From Porphyridium purpureum (lineage: Eukaryota): a stretch of DNA of 64,000 bases. Shown one piece after another: positions 44,115-53,902 of the stretch. The DNA lies in assembly GCA_008690995.1 (NCBI GenBank), contig VRMN01000005.1, forward strand, positions 806,001 through 870,000. Reading direction: 5' to 3'. A program made the translations under genes and the position numbers. The notes beneath the pieces are model-generated. The model worked only from the letters and a program-made list of their open reading frames with translations, was not told the origin of the DNA and did no database searches. Each line of letters starts with the position of its first letter. Position 1 is the first letter of the stretch.

Positions 44115-45647
44115 TTAATTAATTGTGCGCGGTTCGGGTGCCGCGGGAGCGGGGTCAGCAGGTGCGTGGTGGCGGAGGAACGTGCGGTACGCGCGGATCA
44201 CAAAGTAGTTGTCTGAGCGCAGCTGCTTGGCGCGCCGGATGTCGCTCACCGCGCCCGACCACGACGAGCGGAAGTCGCCGTAGAAGATGCCGACGTCCAG
44301 GGCGAGCAGAAAGTCGGCCAGGTTGCGCTCGAGACCGCCCAGGCCGGCGTCGCCGCGCGTCGCGTACGGTGCGCGCGCCGCGAGAGGCGATGTCCGCAGG
44401 TAGTCCGCGACAGCTTTGGGCACAAACGGAGACATCAGGAAGATCACCTTGTCGATGTTGCCGAGCGCTGATACCCTTCGCTCCAAAAAGTCCAGGAAAA
44501 AGCCGCCTGGAAGCATAATCAGGTTCTCCTTGGTGTTGTGCGTGCCAAGCACGCATATCATTGGCTTGTCGGCATCGGCTTGGTCTGGACACGAGCGCTC
44601 GTTCCATCGTATGTGAACTGCGGCAGTTCGATTCAGCGGCACGTGATCGGAAGGTGATCCTGCGGGGCCGCCCAAAAGCTGTGCCTTGAACGTCGCATTC
44701 ACCTGAAGAGCATGATACAAGCCTGGTACGGGAATAGTGGTTTTCAAAGTGTTCACATTAAAGTCTGCCACAAAGACGCAACTGCTGCCAGCGGCTTGCT
44801 GCGTCGCCTTGTCAATCTGCTGACCAGGGCTCAAGTGCGTTTGAATGCAGTCCAATTGTCCGCTGCACTCACGCACCAGCTCACCAAATACAACCGCGCG
44901 CATACGCGGAAAGTCAAGCCTGGAATCGTCCGTCAAATACTTGGCAAACAAGCCGACGAGCTTTTGCGGAGCTTCGGTGTTCAGATTCCATGCGGTCGAC
45001 GACGAAAGGATTATGCTGTGCTCCGTGGTGCACCGCACACGAGAAAATGTGAACACTGACAAGCTCAGTTCAGTTGGCTCCGTCAATGCACTCAACGAAA
45101 TGGAGCGCGCTGCTGTGCGTTGTTCAGATGCGTTCAAGCGTGCCAGCTCTTCCCTATTGTGCCATGTTTCGACGATTTCTGGCATCACGAGCCTGCCGCG
45201 CAGCAGCTCAGTCAGTTTGAACGCGTTGTTTATCACCATGAGTTGATTGCCGAGTCCGAACGCGTACAATGGTGGTTGAATGACGAACACGTTCCGGCTC
45301 GCCAGCGATGAAAGCTTTCGTACGTCTTGATTGGCGCGCTGTCTCTGATTTTGCCGATTTGCAAGATTGTCATTCGTCCGACTGGCACCGGAGTCATTCA
45401 GCGCAGCCTCTGCCACGTCGCCCTCGGGAGTATCTACGACATCTGAGAGCTCCACTGTATGATCCAGAACGTCCTCGAACGCCAAATCAGGCGTCCGTCC
45501 GATTTCTGGTGTGAAGAGCAGAGCCGCGCCAACGCAACATATCATCGCGGAAAGCAAGGCCGCGGCGACCAGTGGCGAGGTCCGGGTCGAAGATTCTGGA
45601 CGCGCGCCCACTGTATCGCACCCGGGCCCGGGCCCGGGCGCGCTCAT
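44115..45647 (-). CDS. GT-B glycosyltransferase of the fucosyltransferase superfamily, type II membrane protein
   Basis: N-terminal TM; GLGNQL, AVHIRW, and DFLL...FYGDFRSSWS motifs. Start 45647 or 45707. Confidence 0.75.
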   Translation of the reverse strand: MSAPGPGPGCDTVGARPESSTRTSPLVAAALLSAMICCVGAALLFTPEIGRTPDLAFEDVLDHTVELSDVVDTPEGDVAEAALNDSGASRTNDNLANRQNQRQRANQDVRKLSSLASRNVFVIQPPLYAFGLGNQLMVINNAFKLTELLRGRLVMPEIVETWHNREELARLNASEQRTAARSISLSALTEPTELSLSVFTFSRVRCTTEHSIILSSSTAWNLNTEAPQKLVGLFAKYLTDDSRLDFPRMRAVVFGELVRECSGQLDCIQTHLSPGQQIDKATQQAAGSSCVFVADFNVNTLKTTIPVPGLYHALQVNATFKAQLLGGPAGSPSDHVPLNRTAAVHIRWNERSCPDQADADKPMICVLGTHNTKENLIMLPGGFFLDFLERRVSALGNIDKVIFLMSPFVPKAVADYLRTSPLAARAPYATRGDAGLGGLERNLADFLLALDVGIFYGDFRSSWSGAVSDIRRAKQLRSDNYFVIRAYRTFLRHHAPADPAPAAPEPRTIN

Positions 45648-45985
45648 CTCTGCCTGTGACCTTTCTAGCAGCTGTCCTCGTGGTGACCGCGACTCATGGA
45701 TGTGCATGTGGATGCTGAAATTGGGATAGGCGGCTTCGGCAGTGTGCAAAGGATTCCAGGGCAGACCGCGGGCGAGCGCGTAAAAGAGACGATGAGAGAC
45801 GAAGGAGCAGAAAAACAAAGAAAGCTATATTCAGGCCAAGGCCGTGCGCTGGCGGGGCGACCACAGCAACGAGAAAATGGTTGATCTTGCGGTCGCGCGC
45901 GTGAACGCTTTCGGCTGTGCTCTTCTTTTTTCCTTTTTCTTTTCTTTTTGCTTCTGGTGCAATAAGGTTCAGCCAAGGTACGTAT

Positions 45986-46474
45986 TCACGCGTTCAAAGA
46001 GTAATCTTCGATACAGTTTCCGTCCGATGTCTCGACGCGCCAAAAGACCTTGTACGGTTTCATGGTGCTGGGGGTCTTGAACGCAAATTTCACGGTAACG
46101 AACGCAGGCTTGCCCGTATTCTTGACCGAATGGAAGACCAGGCTTTCGACGGCCGAGTCGTACTTTTCGCGATCAAAGGTCGAGCCCTGTGGAAAGACGT
46201 TGTAGAAGAGCGATCCATCCCCGCCGATGGTCGAGTGGATGATCAACTCGACCTCGTCGCGGGGCGTCAATTCCTTTTCGCACTGTTCGAATACATAGTC
46301 CTCCATTTCATCCGTGACGTCCTTGCCCGCGTGGAGGTGCCGCGGGCGCACCTCGGCCATGATCCACTCGACGCGCCCATTGACGGGGCTCTGGCAATAC
46401 TGCCGGATGACCTCCTTGTCGCCGGGCACTTGATTCGGCTCGTACGGCGCTTCAAAGTCGAAATCGTCTGCCAT
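45986..46474 (-). CDS. Hypothetical globular protein (162 aa)
   Basis: ATG 46474; strongly C/G-ending codons; aromatic- and beta-rich composition. Confidence 0.7.
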   Translation of the reverse strand: MADDFDFEAPYEPNQVPGDKEVIRQYCQSPVNGRVEWIMAEVRPRHLHAGKDVTDEMEDYVFEQCEKELTPRDEVELIIHSTIGGDGSLFYNVFPQGSTFDREKYDSAVESLVFHSVKNTGKPAFVTVKFAFKTPSTMKPYKVFWRVETSDGNCIEDYSLNA

Positions 46475-47619
46475 GTCTACTCCGAATTCAAGCGGTTTCG
46501 CGGCCACCACCCCAACTCCTCGTCCGGATGCGGCTCTCCACGATTCCGCTTCCCCCTGCACCCGCTGCTCCTCCTCACGCGCGCCGCTTCGCCTTCCCCC
46601 GCCGCCTACGCGCCTCCCTCACCTTCCCCCTTTCCCTCCTCCACCCTTCCTCTCCACACTCTCACAGTCGCGCCTCCGTCTCGCCCTCTTGTCCCCTCCG
46701 CTTAGAAACCCAATATCTAAACCGCTTAAACCGAAAGAACCGATTGAGCCGTTTGGACCGTTTGGACCACTTAAACCGTTTGAAAAAAGGATGGCGATCA
46801 GCCGTAGTGTTCTGTGGAATGGTTGATCACGCTGTACCTCCGGGATTTTTGTGGGACGCGCGAGGTGGCGGTGCGAGCGTGTGAGTCTGAGAGGTCACGA
46901 CGCACTTGGGATGCGCTCTGCTGGCTGGCGGCCGCGAGGAGCGTGAAGTTCTGCGGCAGAGCACGCGACTGCGCGTGTGAGGGCGGGCGGTCGAGCAGCT
47001 TCGCGTTCGGGTCTGGGCACCACGGGGCCTCGCCGTGCTGACATCGGTCGCGCATTGACGGCGGGCGTCGGCGGCGGATGTCGATGAGACGGAAAGTGCG
47101 GCGTCAGTGCTCCGTAGTTTGGCTATCAGCATGGTTGTTCTGACTTCACGCAGGAGAGATGTCTTCTGCAAAGGGCCGACATATCAGCGCTATTCTTTCG
47201 CGCACCTGTTTCAGGCACTATAGATCAGTCTAGGCCGTATCCCGCGTTTGGCCGATGGTCGGAGCTTTTGCATGGCACTTGTATAATTCTCAGGGCAAGG
47301 AGCCATGGCGTGCTTGTTCGTGCTGGCCAGTCATGGAACAATGGCGCACCTGCGTGCACTGGTATGCGTCCCTTCTCTGAGCGCTTTTTCTGTGCTCATC
47401 CTGTTTATGTGCAGCTGGGTATGCAAAGGACATTGTCTTGTTCTCCCACTGTCTAACAGACGGGCTGTGGCGGGCATGTGCTCGGTTTGTCCAACCGCAT
47501 ATAGACATGGCACAGTGCTGCGTGTTCCAACGAAAAAGAAGAATTTGAAACCACGCAAGAGCGCCGCAAGGAGTCATTCTCTCTTGTTCGTGCCGCCGTC
47601 TTGCGCGCCGTACATTTAC

Positions 47620-50600
47620 TTACCATTCTTCAGCCACGAATGCCTCAATTCGACTGCACGCCTCCTCGAATGCATCCGTGTCGGCGAGCAAACTCACACA
47701 CACCATGTCGCGCACATCAGGCCTTCCGCCGTAAGGTCCGGGCACGCCCGCTACAGGAGCGTGTTGCTGTGCCTCATAGCGAAGCACTGCAGGAAGTACG
47801 AGTACCTTCTTGGCCTCGTACAGCTGCTGACTAAACGCCCACCCTGGAGAGGAGGACCATTCCTGCGGACGCGCAACATCATTTCTGACGATGGTGGTCT
47901 CCTTGTCGGCGCTGCGGTTACCGTTGCCCTCGTCCATCCGATTGAAGCCCCGCGCTTTGCGAACTCGAAACATGAGACTTGTAACGCCGTGCTGCGGCGC
48001 GTGTACCATCTCAAGGCTATCCACGAGTGGAGCCAAGCGCTTACGTGCTGTCTCATAATTATGCTGCAGGGCGCTGTGTAGCACACCGAAAGACAGCGTC
48101 TCCACTGCCACCGCGAGTGCAGAGAGCACAAACGGACTCATTTCCAACGGAAAGAATGACTCGCTGGCCGCTCGAAGACGTTGCACAAGCTCGCTCGTGG
48201 TGACAGTACCGCCGAATTGATTCCCACCGTCGTCTGCGGTATCGCTGCTCGGATCCATGCACACTAGCCATCCAGTTCCCCAACCGGGCAGACCCAAGGT
48301 GAGATCTGCGCTGCCAAAGACCAAAACCGGTACCTTCCAGTCCACACTGAGCGCGCCGGTGCACCAAGCCGGTGTGTGGCCGGAAGTACCTCTTGCGGCA
48401 CCATTCGCTGGTTCTCGCTCGGACCTTTTGCTGTCTGCAGACAGCAGACCGGACGCATAGTCGTCAATGATAACCGGGATCGACATGCTTGCTGCAAGAT
48501 ATGACAAGCTCAGCGCGTTTGATTCGATCCACGCTGCGCCGTGCGCGTTTGCATCTATTGAAGCAATCAAAATAGCTACAAACCGCTCATTCATAAGCGC
48601 ACGGATTTCAGCCATATCGACTGAACATGCCGCGTGTGGGTTCACCGTGTAGCGTTTGATCTCAAAGCCCATACTTTCAGCAGTGTGTCTGACAGATTCT
48701 CGACACGGGTTGGGCAGCAAAATCGCCGGACGAAGCGCGCGAACGCCTGGTTTGTTCCCACTTGGAGAACGGCTGTCAGCATGCGCGGCACGCAGCGCGC
48801 CTAGGATCAAATACAGTGCAGCCTGATCGCTCGAAGTCAGGTGCACGTGCAGAGCCGTACCGGTGCGTTTTCCTAGCTCAGAATACCACTCTGCCAATGC
48901 CCTTTTGCACACCTGCGCCGCCCGGTCTTGCTCATCCGCGTCAAGCGTTCCAACCATCGCTCCAACCATCGCAGCACTTGAGCGCTCCGCCATCAGGCCG
49001 AGAACTTTGGCGGAAAGGCTTGTGCACAACTCCGTCGCTTGGAATGAACGAAGTTGCCCTGACAAGTCCACTTTCTGCAACGCCGAGCTTGCGCGTTGCG
49101 CTGCGCGCTCAAACGTGATACGTCGAATGAATCGCCGTGTCGAGCTCTCGAAACGGTCGATCGGAGTACGACTGTCACGCCGGACGGGCTGCCCAGTTTC
49201 GCTCGCGTCAGATCTTGTGGGTACGAGCAGGTCTGCCGCACGCGCGCGGCCCAGTATACCCGGCATCAGATTCTGCCTCCTCTCGAGTTCGCAAACTTCG
49301 CAATGCATGCCTGCGTGCCGGTCTATTTCGTCCCGCGGCACCAGCGAACGGCACACTGGACATGGTATGCGCTGCGCATCCGAGCTCTTGTTCTGAACGG
49401 CGCGAGAGAAATTTTCCAGTGCAAGCGAGTCCTCGACAGTCCCTGAGTCGCCACCTGTGCTCACGATCCTTTCCTTTTGCACAAACGAGTCCGCCATGGC
49501 CATGAGCGCTTTCTTCGCTTGATCATCTAGCGACAGAAAGCCGGCTTGGGTTCTGAAGGTGTCATCACCGGGTGCACCAGTGCGATTGCGACGACGACGG
49601 AGCTCGACCTCGTCCACAAGCTGGGAAACAGGTTTTTCTTCGTTGGACGCAAAGCTTGATGCAATGAAACCAAGCGCCTCGTCGGCAGAAGACGCGCCCT
49701 GTCGGTCTCCTGTCGGCCTGAAGCGCTTGTCGAGAAATGCGCGCTCGCTTTGCAGTACAGGATCATCAAAGACAGTCGGCTGGATGCGTTCCGAGTTGTC
49801 CTTGTTTTCTTCCGTTTGGGAAGACAGAGAGCTTGATTGAGCCCCTCGCACGGGCGTTCCGCGTTCGCTTTTGGGCGTCGTTGACAACGGCGGGGGCGGC
49901 GGGGGCGGCGGCGTCGGAGGAGGAGGAGGTGGTGGTGGTGGGACAACAGCGTATGGGTCATCTCCAAGGTCATCAGCTTGATTTGAACCTGCTTGCTTTG
50001 TCGCATCCGTGCCTTTTCGAATGCGCGTCAACATCTCGTCCTCAAGACTCTGAGGCACAGCAGGAGGACGCAGAGCTCGTTCGGATATAGGCAATGAGGT
50101 AAGCGCAATGGAGATGCGTTCTCGATCCATGCCTGGCTCTGCGCGACCCGTTTCAGCAAGCACACTGGCATCCGCAGAAGCCTTGTCGGGAACACGTCGG
50201 ACATCCTCGCCGCTGGTCTGTGCATCCTGCTCGTCTTCAGAGGGCGCACTAGCGAGACTCTCAGCACTGTCGGTGTCTACGGGCGCGCGCTCACGCAACG
50301 AACGAATTGTGCCACCCACCTGCGCCGAGGCCCTCCAACGGCGCCTTCGTGACTCGTTCGGATTGATGGCCGGACCTGAGTCCGGGCCGGAGTCTGCCTT
50401 TAGCTCACTGTTCTTATCTGCAGCCTTTGGTCGTCCCCTGCGCTGCGGCTTCACTTTCGGCACCGCCTCTGGATTCTGCGGCGGCGACGCTCGCCGCTCT
50501 TGCGCGCCAGCAGCATGCTCATCGCTGTGCTGATCACCATGCGCTGCTGCATCTCCGTCCCGCCCTGCAGTTGTCCAACACACCAAGCTACGCGAGCGCA

Positions 50601-50661
50601 CGGCGCGCGGCGCGCGAGCAGCCGGGGCCACCGCCCACGCACATCCGGAGTCTCCCGCCAT
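47620..50661 (-). CDS. Long low-complexity N-terminus + Zn-finger-like motif + degenerate tyrosine-aminotransferase-like (class I/II PLP) domain
   Basis: AILLPNP...AESMGFEIKRY, IPVIIDD, VPVLVFGSADL..LPGWGTGW, EEACSRIEAF follow the TAT pattern; CPVC...H...HCEVC upstream. First plausible ATG is 50661. Confidence 0.75.
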   Translation of the reverse strand: MAGDSGCAWAVAPAARAPRAVRSRSLVCWTTAGRDGDAAAHGDQHSDEHAAGAQERRASPPQNPEAVPKVKPQRRGRPKAADKNSELKADSGPDSGPAINPNESRRRRWRASAQVGGTIRSLRERAPVDTDSAESLASAPSEDEQDAQTSGEDVRRVPDKASADASVLAETGRAEPGMDRERISIALTSLPISERALRPPAVPQSLEDEMLTRIRKGTDATKQAGSNQADDLGDDPYAVVPPPPPPPPPTPPPPPPPPLSTTPKSERGTPVRGAQSSSLSSQTEENKDNSERIQPTVFDDPVLQSERAFLDKRFRPTGDRQGASSADEALGFIASSFASNEEKPVSQLVDEVELRRRRNRTGAPGDDTFRTQAGFLSLDDQAKKALMAMADSFVQKERIVSTGGDSGTVEDSLALENFSRAVQNKSSDAQRIPCPVCRSLVPRDEIDRHAGMHCEVCELERRQNLMPGILGRARAADLLVPTRSDASETGQPVRRDSRTPIDRFESSTRRFIRRITFERAAQRASSALQKVDLSGQLRSFQATELCTSLSAKVLGLMAERSSAAMVGAMVGTLDADEQDRAAQVCKRALAEWYSELGKRTGTALHVHLTSSDQAALYLILGALRAAHADSRSPSGNKPGVRALRPAILLPNPCRESVRHTAESMGFEIKRYTVNPHAACSVDMAEIRALMNERFVAILIASIDANAHGAAWIESNALSLSYLAASMSIPVIIDDYASGLLSADSKRSEREPANGAARGTSGHTPAWCTGALSVDWKVPVLVFGSADLTLGLPGWGTGWLVCMDPSSDTADDGGNQFGGTVTTSELVQRLRAASESFFPLEMSPFVLSALAVAVETLSFGVLHSALQHNYETARKRLAPLVDSLEMVHAPQHGVTSLMFRVRKARGFNRMDEGNGNRSADKETTIVRNDVARPQEWSSSPGWAFSQQLYEAKKVLVLPAVLRYEAQQHAPVAGVPGPYGGRPDVRDMVCVSLLADTDAFEEACSRIEAFVAEEW

Positions 50662-51964
50662 CACTGCTACATGAGGCGGCTTTCGCCCGCCTCCTCCACC
50701 AGGCTTGCTCGCTTTCACGCAGCCGCAACACCTGCAGCCCGTGCGCCAGGCTGTACTCACAGTACCCCGCAAACGATCTGCGGCAGCTGTACCCCCACAG
50801 CCTTATTGGCCATGTGGCACGCGCCCACGCCGCCAAACATCAGACGAGCGGAAATCTCGCTGCGCACGCAGCAAACCACCCACCCGTGCCAGTCGCGCGC
50901 CTCTTCCTCTGTCTCTCTGTTTGAACGTGACCGCAGCGACGTCACGCCGCGCATCGCGCTCCACACGCCGTCCACCCCTCTTCCACCAGCCCACGACATC
51001 CCTCCTTGTCCCACACCTCCTTCAAGCGCCTTATCGGCTCTTTGCCCGTTTATCCGTTTATCCGTTTATCCGTTGAATCGTGCTCGGTTCTGCCACAACT
51101 CACCATGAGCTGCGCCGCACGTCTATTTTTAGAGTGCCGCGTGTTCATTGCTCGCAGCGCGGGTGTTCTGTTCCGCATCCACAACGTGTTGGCGCAACGC
51201 TGCCGCGTCTTCCCTCCCTTTGCCTCATCACGCTTTCTTGACCCAAAGACCAAACAGGGAAACAACAAAAAAAAAAGACGGGGCGTGTCGTGGCAGGTCA
51301 GTGCGTGTTCGTTTCAGATTTCGTGGTCATTTTCGTTGGCGGTTCTCGTGTTTGTTTCCTTCTTCGGACTACTGAATGAGCGATTCTGTGCGCTGGATAG
51401 CAACGCGTGCTGATTCGGTGATTTTGTGGTGATTTTGTGCGTGCGTGAGAGGGAGAGTGCGCTGCATTGGGGGAAACCCACGCGGGGCGCGTGGCGAGTG
51501 AGGCGCTTTGAGGCGTGGTGGTGGTGGACGCGCGCGTGCTCGGCATACAAACGTGAGCCGCTTTGGTATGATGTTCCGGTTGGCTTTGTACGTGGATCAG
51601 CGTGTGTGTTTGTGAGTGTGGGAGCAGTGATGTTGTGCCGGTGGTGGTAAATCGGCACAGAGGCGTCGTGCGTGGTTGGGTGGGACGGGGTGGGGGAACA
51701 TCCACGCGCGCGTGTGTTCGTGAGTGTGCAGGCATCCGGTTGTGTCACGCAGCGGCGGGGAAGCGCGCGGCGCTTGGGACGGGCGGGAGCCTGGTTTGCG
51801 TCGTGTTTTTTTTCGCTAGGTGAGGTGGCTCGCGGGGTGTGCACTGAAACGCGAGCGCAGAGGCCTGCGACGGTCGGACTGACTGCCGGAAGACGGTGCC
51901 GACGGAGCGCGGCGTGTGGGAGCAGGGGTGGTGGGCGCGTACGCGCGGGTGGGCACGTGCCGGA

Positions 51965-53542
51965 ATGGACCTGGAGTGGTCCGGCGCGCTTACTGCAGAC
52001 GCCGACGTGCGGCTCGAGGTGCTGGAGCCCGAAGAGCGCGTGTACTATGAGGTGGACTTGCTGGATGTGAGTAGCAACGAAAAGACACTGCTGGTGCGAT
52101 GTCTGAGCCCGCTGGGTGAGGCGGCGCGCGCGCAGTGGCGCAGCATCAAGAAGGACGACGGGGACTGCACGAGCGCCGGCACATCCCCGCAGAGCTTGTC
52201 GCGACAGGCGTCTGGAGGAGAAGAGAGCACAGATGACAGCACGGACAGGAAGAACTACGTCACATTTGAGGACGACGCATCAAAGGCAGAGTCGCGCTCT
52301 GTCGATCCGGATGCGCCGCGCGCGGTATGGGTGCCGCGCTCCTGTGTTTCGTTCAGGAAAGAACCAGAGTCTCACGCAGACTACGAGGCGCGTAGGCTGT
52401 ACCAGCCGCGCGCCGGTGGTGATGGCTCGACGGTCGCTGGAGATGCCGTTCTTGCGACCGAGACCAGGTTCGTATTCGAACCTCTGGAGGGAGACGCTGT
52501 CGAAGTACGATGCCGCGAAACAGGCACGGGACCCATTGGGTACCGCGAGGGCTACATGAATGCGATTATTGATGGTTTCTACCACGTCACATACCCAAGC
52601 GGCTCTGACGAAATGGTCGAGTTGAGCCGCATCCGGCCTGCTGGGTTCCGGATACCCGCCGATTTTTGCAAGCAGCGCGTCGTGGTTCCGGACAGTGTGA
52701 AGCAGGACGTGCTTGACACCAGTGACACACTTGTTGAGCTGAAAAACTCGCTGGGGCTTGCGCAGATCTACTTGAAGAAACAGGTGCCCAGCGACCAAGT
52801 CGTATTGGAGCTCGTCGGAGTGCGCAAGGCCATGGCAAACGTGGCTGTTGCAATGGATATCCACTTCCAGCGCGTTGGCAGTTTTGCACGTCTGACGGGC
52901 CTTCAGCGCATTCTCAACGCGCGGCTGGAGAGCGCGAAGATTCAGCGCGAGACTGCATGCACGCTTGTGTTCGAGGTGAGCTCGGACATGATTGGATCAT
53001 GCATCGGAAAGAACGGTACCAATCTAAAGGCAGCACAGCGCATTCCCGGAGTGATTCGTATTCGCGTCGATGATGATCTGCCTCGGGCGATTCACCGCGT
53101 GGAGATTCTAGCCACCTCGAACGAGGCCGCCGAGAAAGCGCGTGACATGATTGATCACGTTCGCGTTCAAATTGCGGTGGACGCGGATGAAATTGGACTG
53201 CTGATTGGGAAAAAGGGTGTGCACTTGCGCGAGATCGAGCAGCGCGCGGGTGTGTCCAAGTTTGTGCTCGTTGATCCACCGCATGCAGTGGGCAGGGATG
53301 AGAATCCGAGCATCGTATCTGAGGACGAACCGCAACTATCTAGCAACAAGAGACCACCCCAGTTTCTGGAAACGGTGGGACCCCGTAAGCAGGTGGCGCT
53401 CGCCGTTCAGCTTTTCAACATGCATCGCTCGTACTTGAGCAAGCAGCGTGAAATGGAGGAAAATGTTCGCAAGCTGCGCGAGCGCTTGGCCCTTGTGGGT
53501 ATCCACACAATCGCTGAAGATGCGGGGGCACCGATTTCTTGA
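51965..53542 (+). CDS. FMRP/FXR-like RNA-binding protein (2x Agenet/Tudor, KH0, KH1, KH2)
   Basis: EGDAVEVR...FYHVTY...DEMVELSRIRP; FCKQRVVVP...MDIHF; DMIGSCIGKNGTNLKAAQRIPGV; AAEKARDMI; IGLLIGKKGVHLREI; VG...LFNMHRSYL...LRERL. Confidence 0.85.
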   Translation: MDLEWSGALTADADVRLEVLEPEERVYYEVDLLDVSSNEKTLLVRCLSPLGEAARAQWRSIKKDDGDCTSAGTSPQSLSRQASGGEESTDDSTDRKNYVTFEDDASKAESRSVDPDAPRAVWVPRSCVSFRKEPESHADYEARRLYQPRAGGDGSTVAGDAVLATETRFVFEPLEGDAVEVRCRETGTGPIGYREGYMNAIIDGFYHVTYPSGSDEMVELSRIRPAGFRIPADFCKQRVVVPDSVKQDVLDTSDTLVELKNSLGLAQIYLKKQVPSDQVVLELVGVRKAMANVAVAMDIHFQRVGSFARLTGLQRILNARLESAKIQRETACTLVFEVSSDMIGSCIGKNGTNLKAAQRIPGVIRIRVDDDLPRAIHRVEILATSNEAAEKARDMIDHVRVQIAVDADEIGLLIGKKGVHLREIEQRAGVSKFVLVDPPHAVGRDENPSIVSEDEPQLSSNKRPPQFLETVGPRKQVALAVQLFNMHRSYLSKQREMEENVRKLRERLALVGIHTIAEDAGAPIS

Positions 53543-53902
53543 AGCACAATCCTTCGCAGAGCGGGGGATCTGTACGTGCGTGTGTGTGTGTGTGTGCGTG
53601 TGTTCGCTTTGCTCTCTCTTCGTTTGGATGTCACCCAAGGGCTGCTCGAGTTTGGCCTGCTGGGCGGATAGACAATGTTGACTCGAAAAGTTTCAAGGAT
53701 GCGATGCATGACAGGATGGTGGATGATCGTCGTGTCGGATATGTGGACCTGAATTACGATCCTCTCGGATTCTTTATCGGTGACGCTGTGCAGATAGATT
53801 GAAAATAGCTTGCTCTTAAACCCCTTTTCCTCGATATTCCATAAAGAGAAAAAGGAGACTGATTTAAGTGAATCTTTGCAGCAAAGATGCAGCTCGACGC
53901 TA

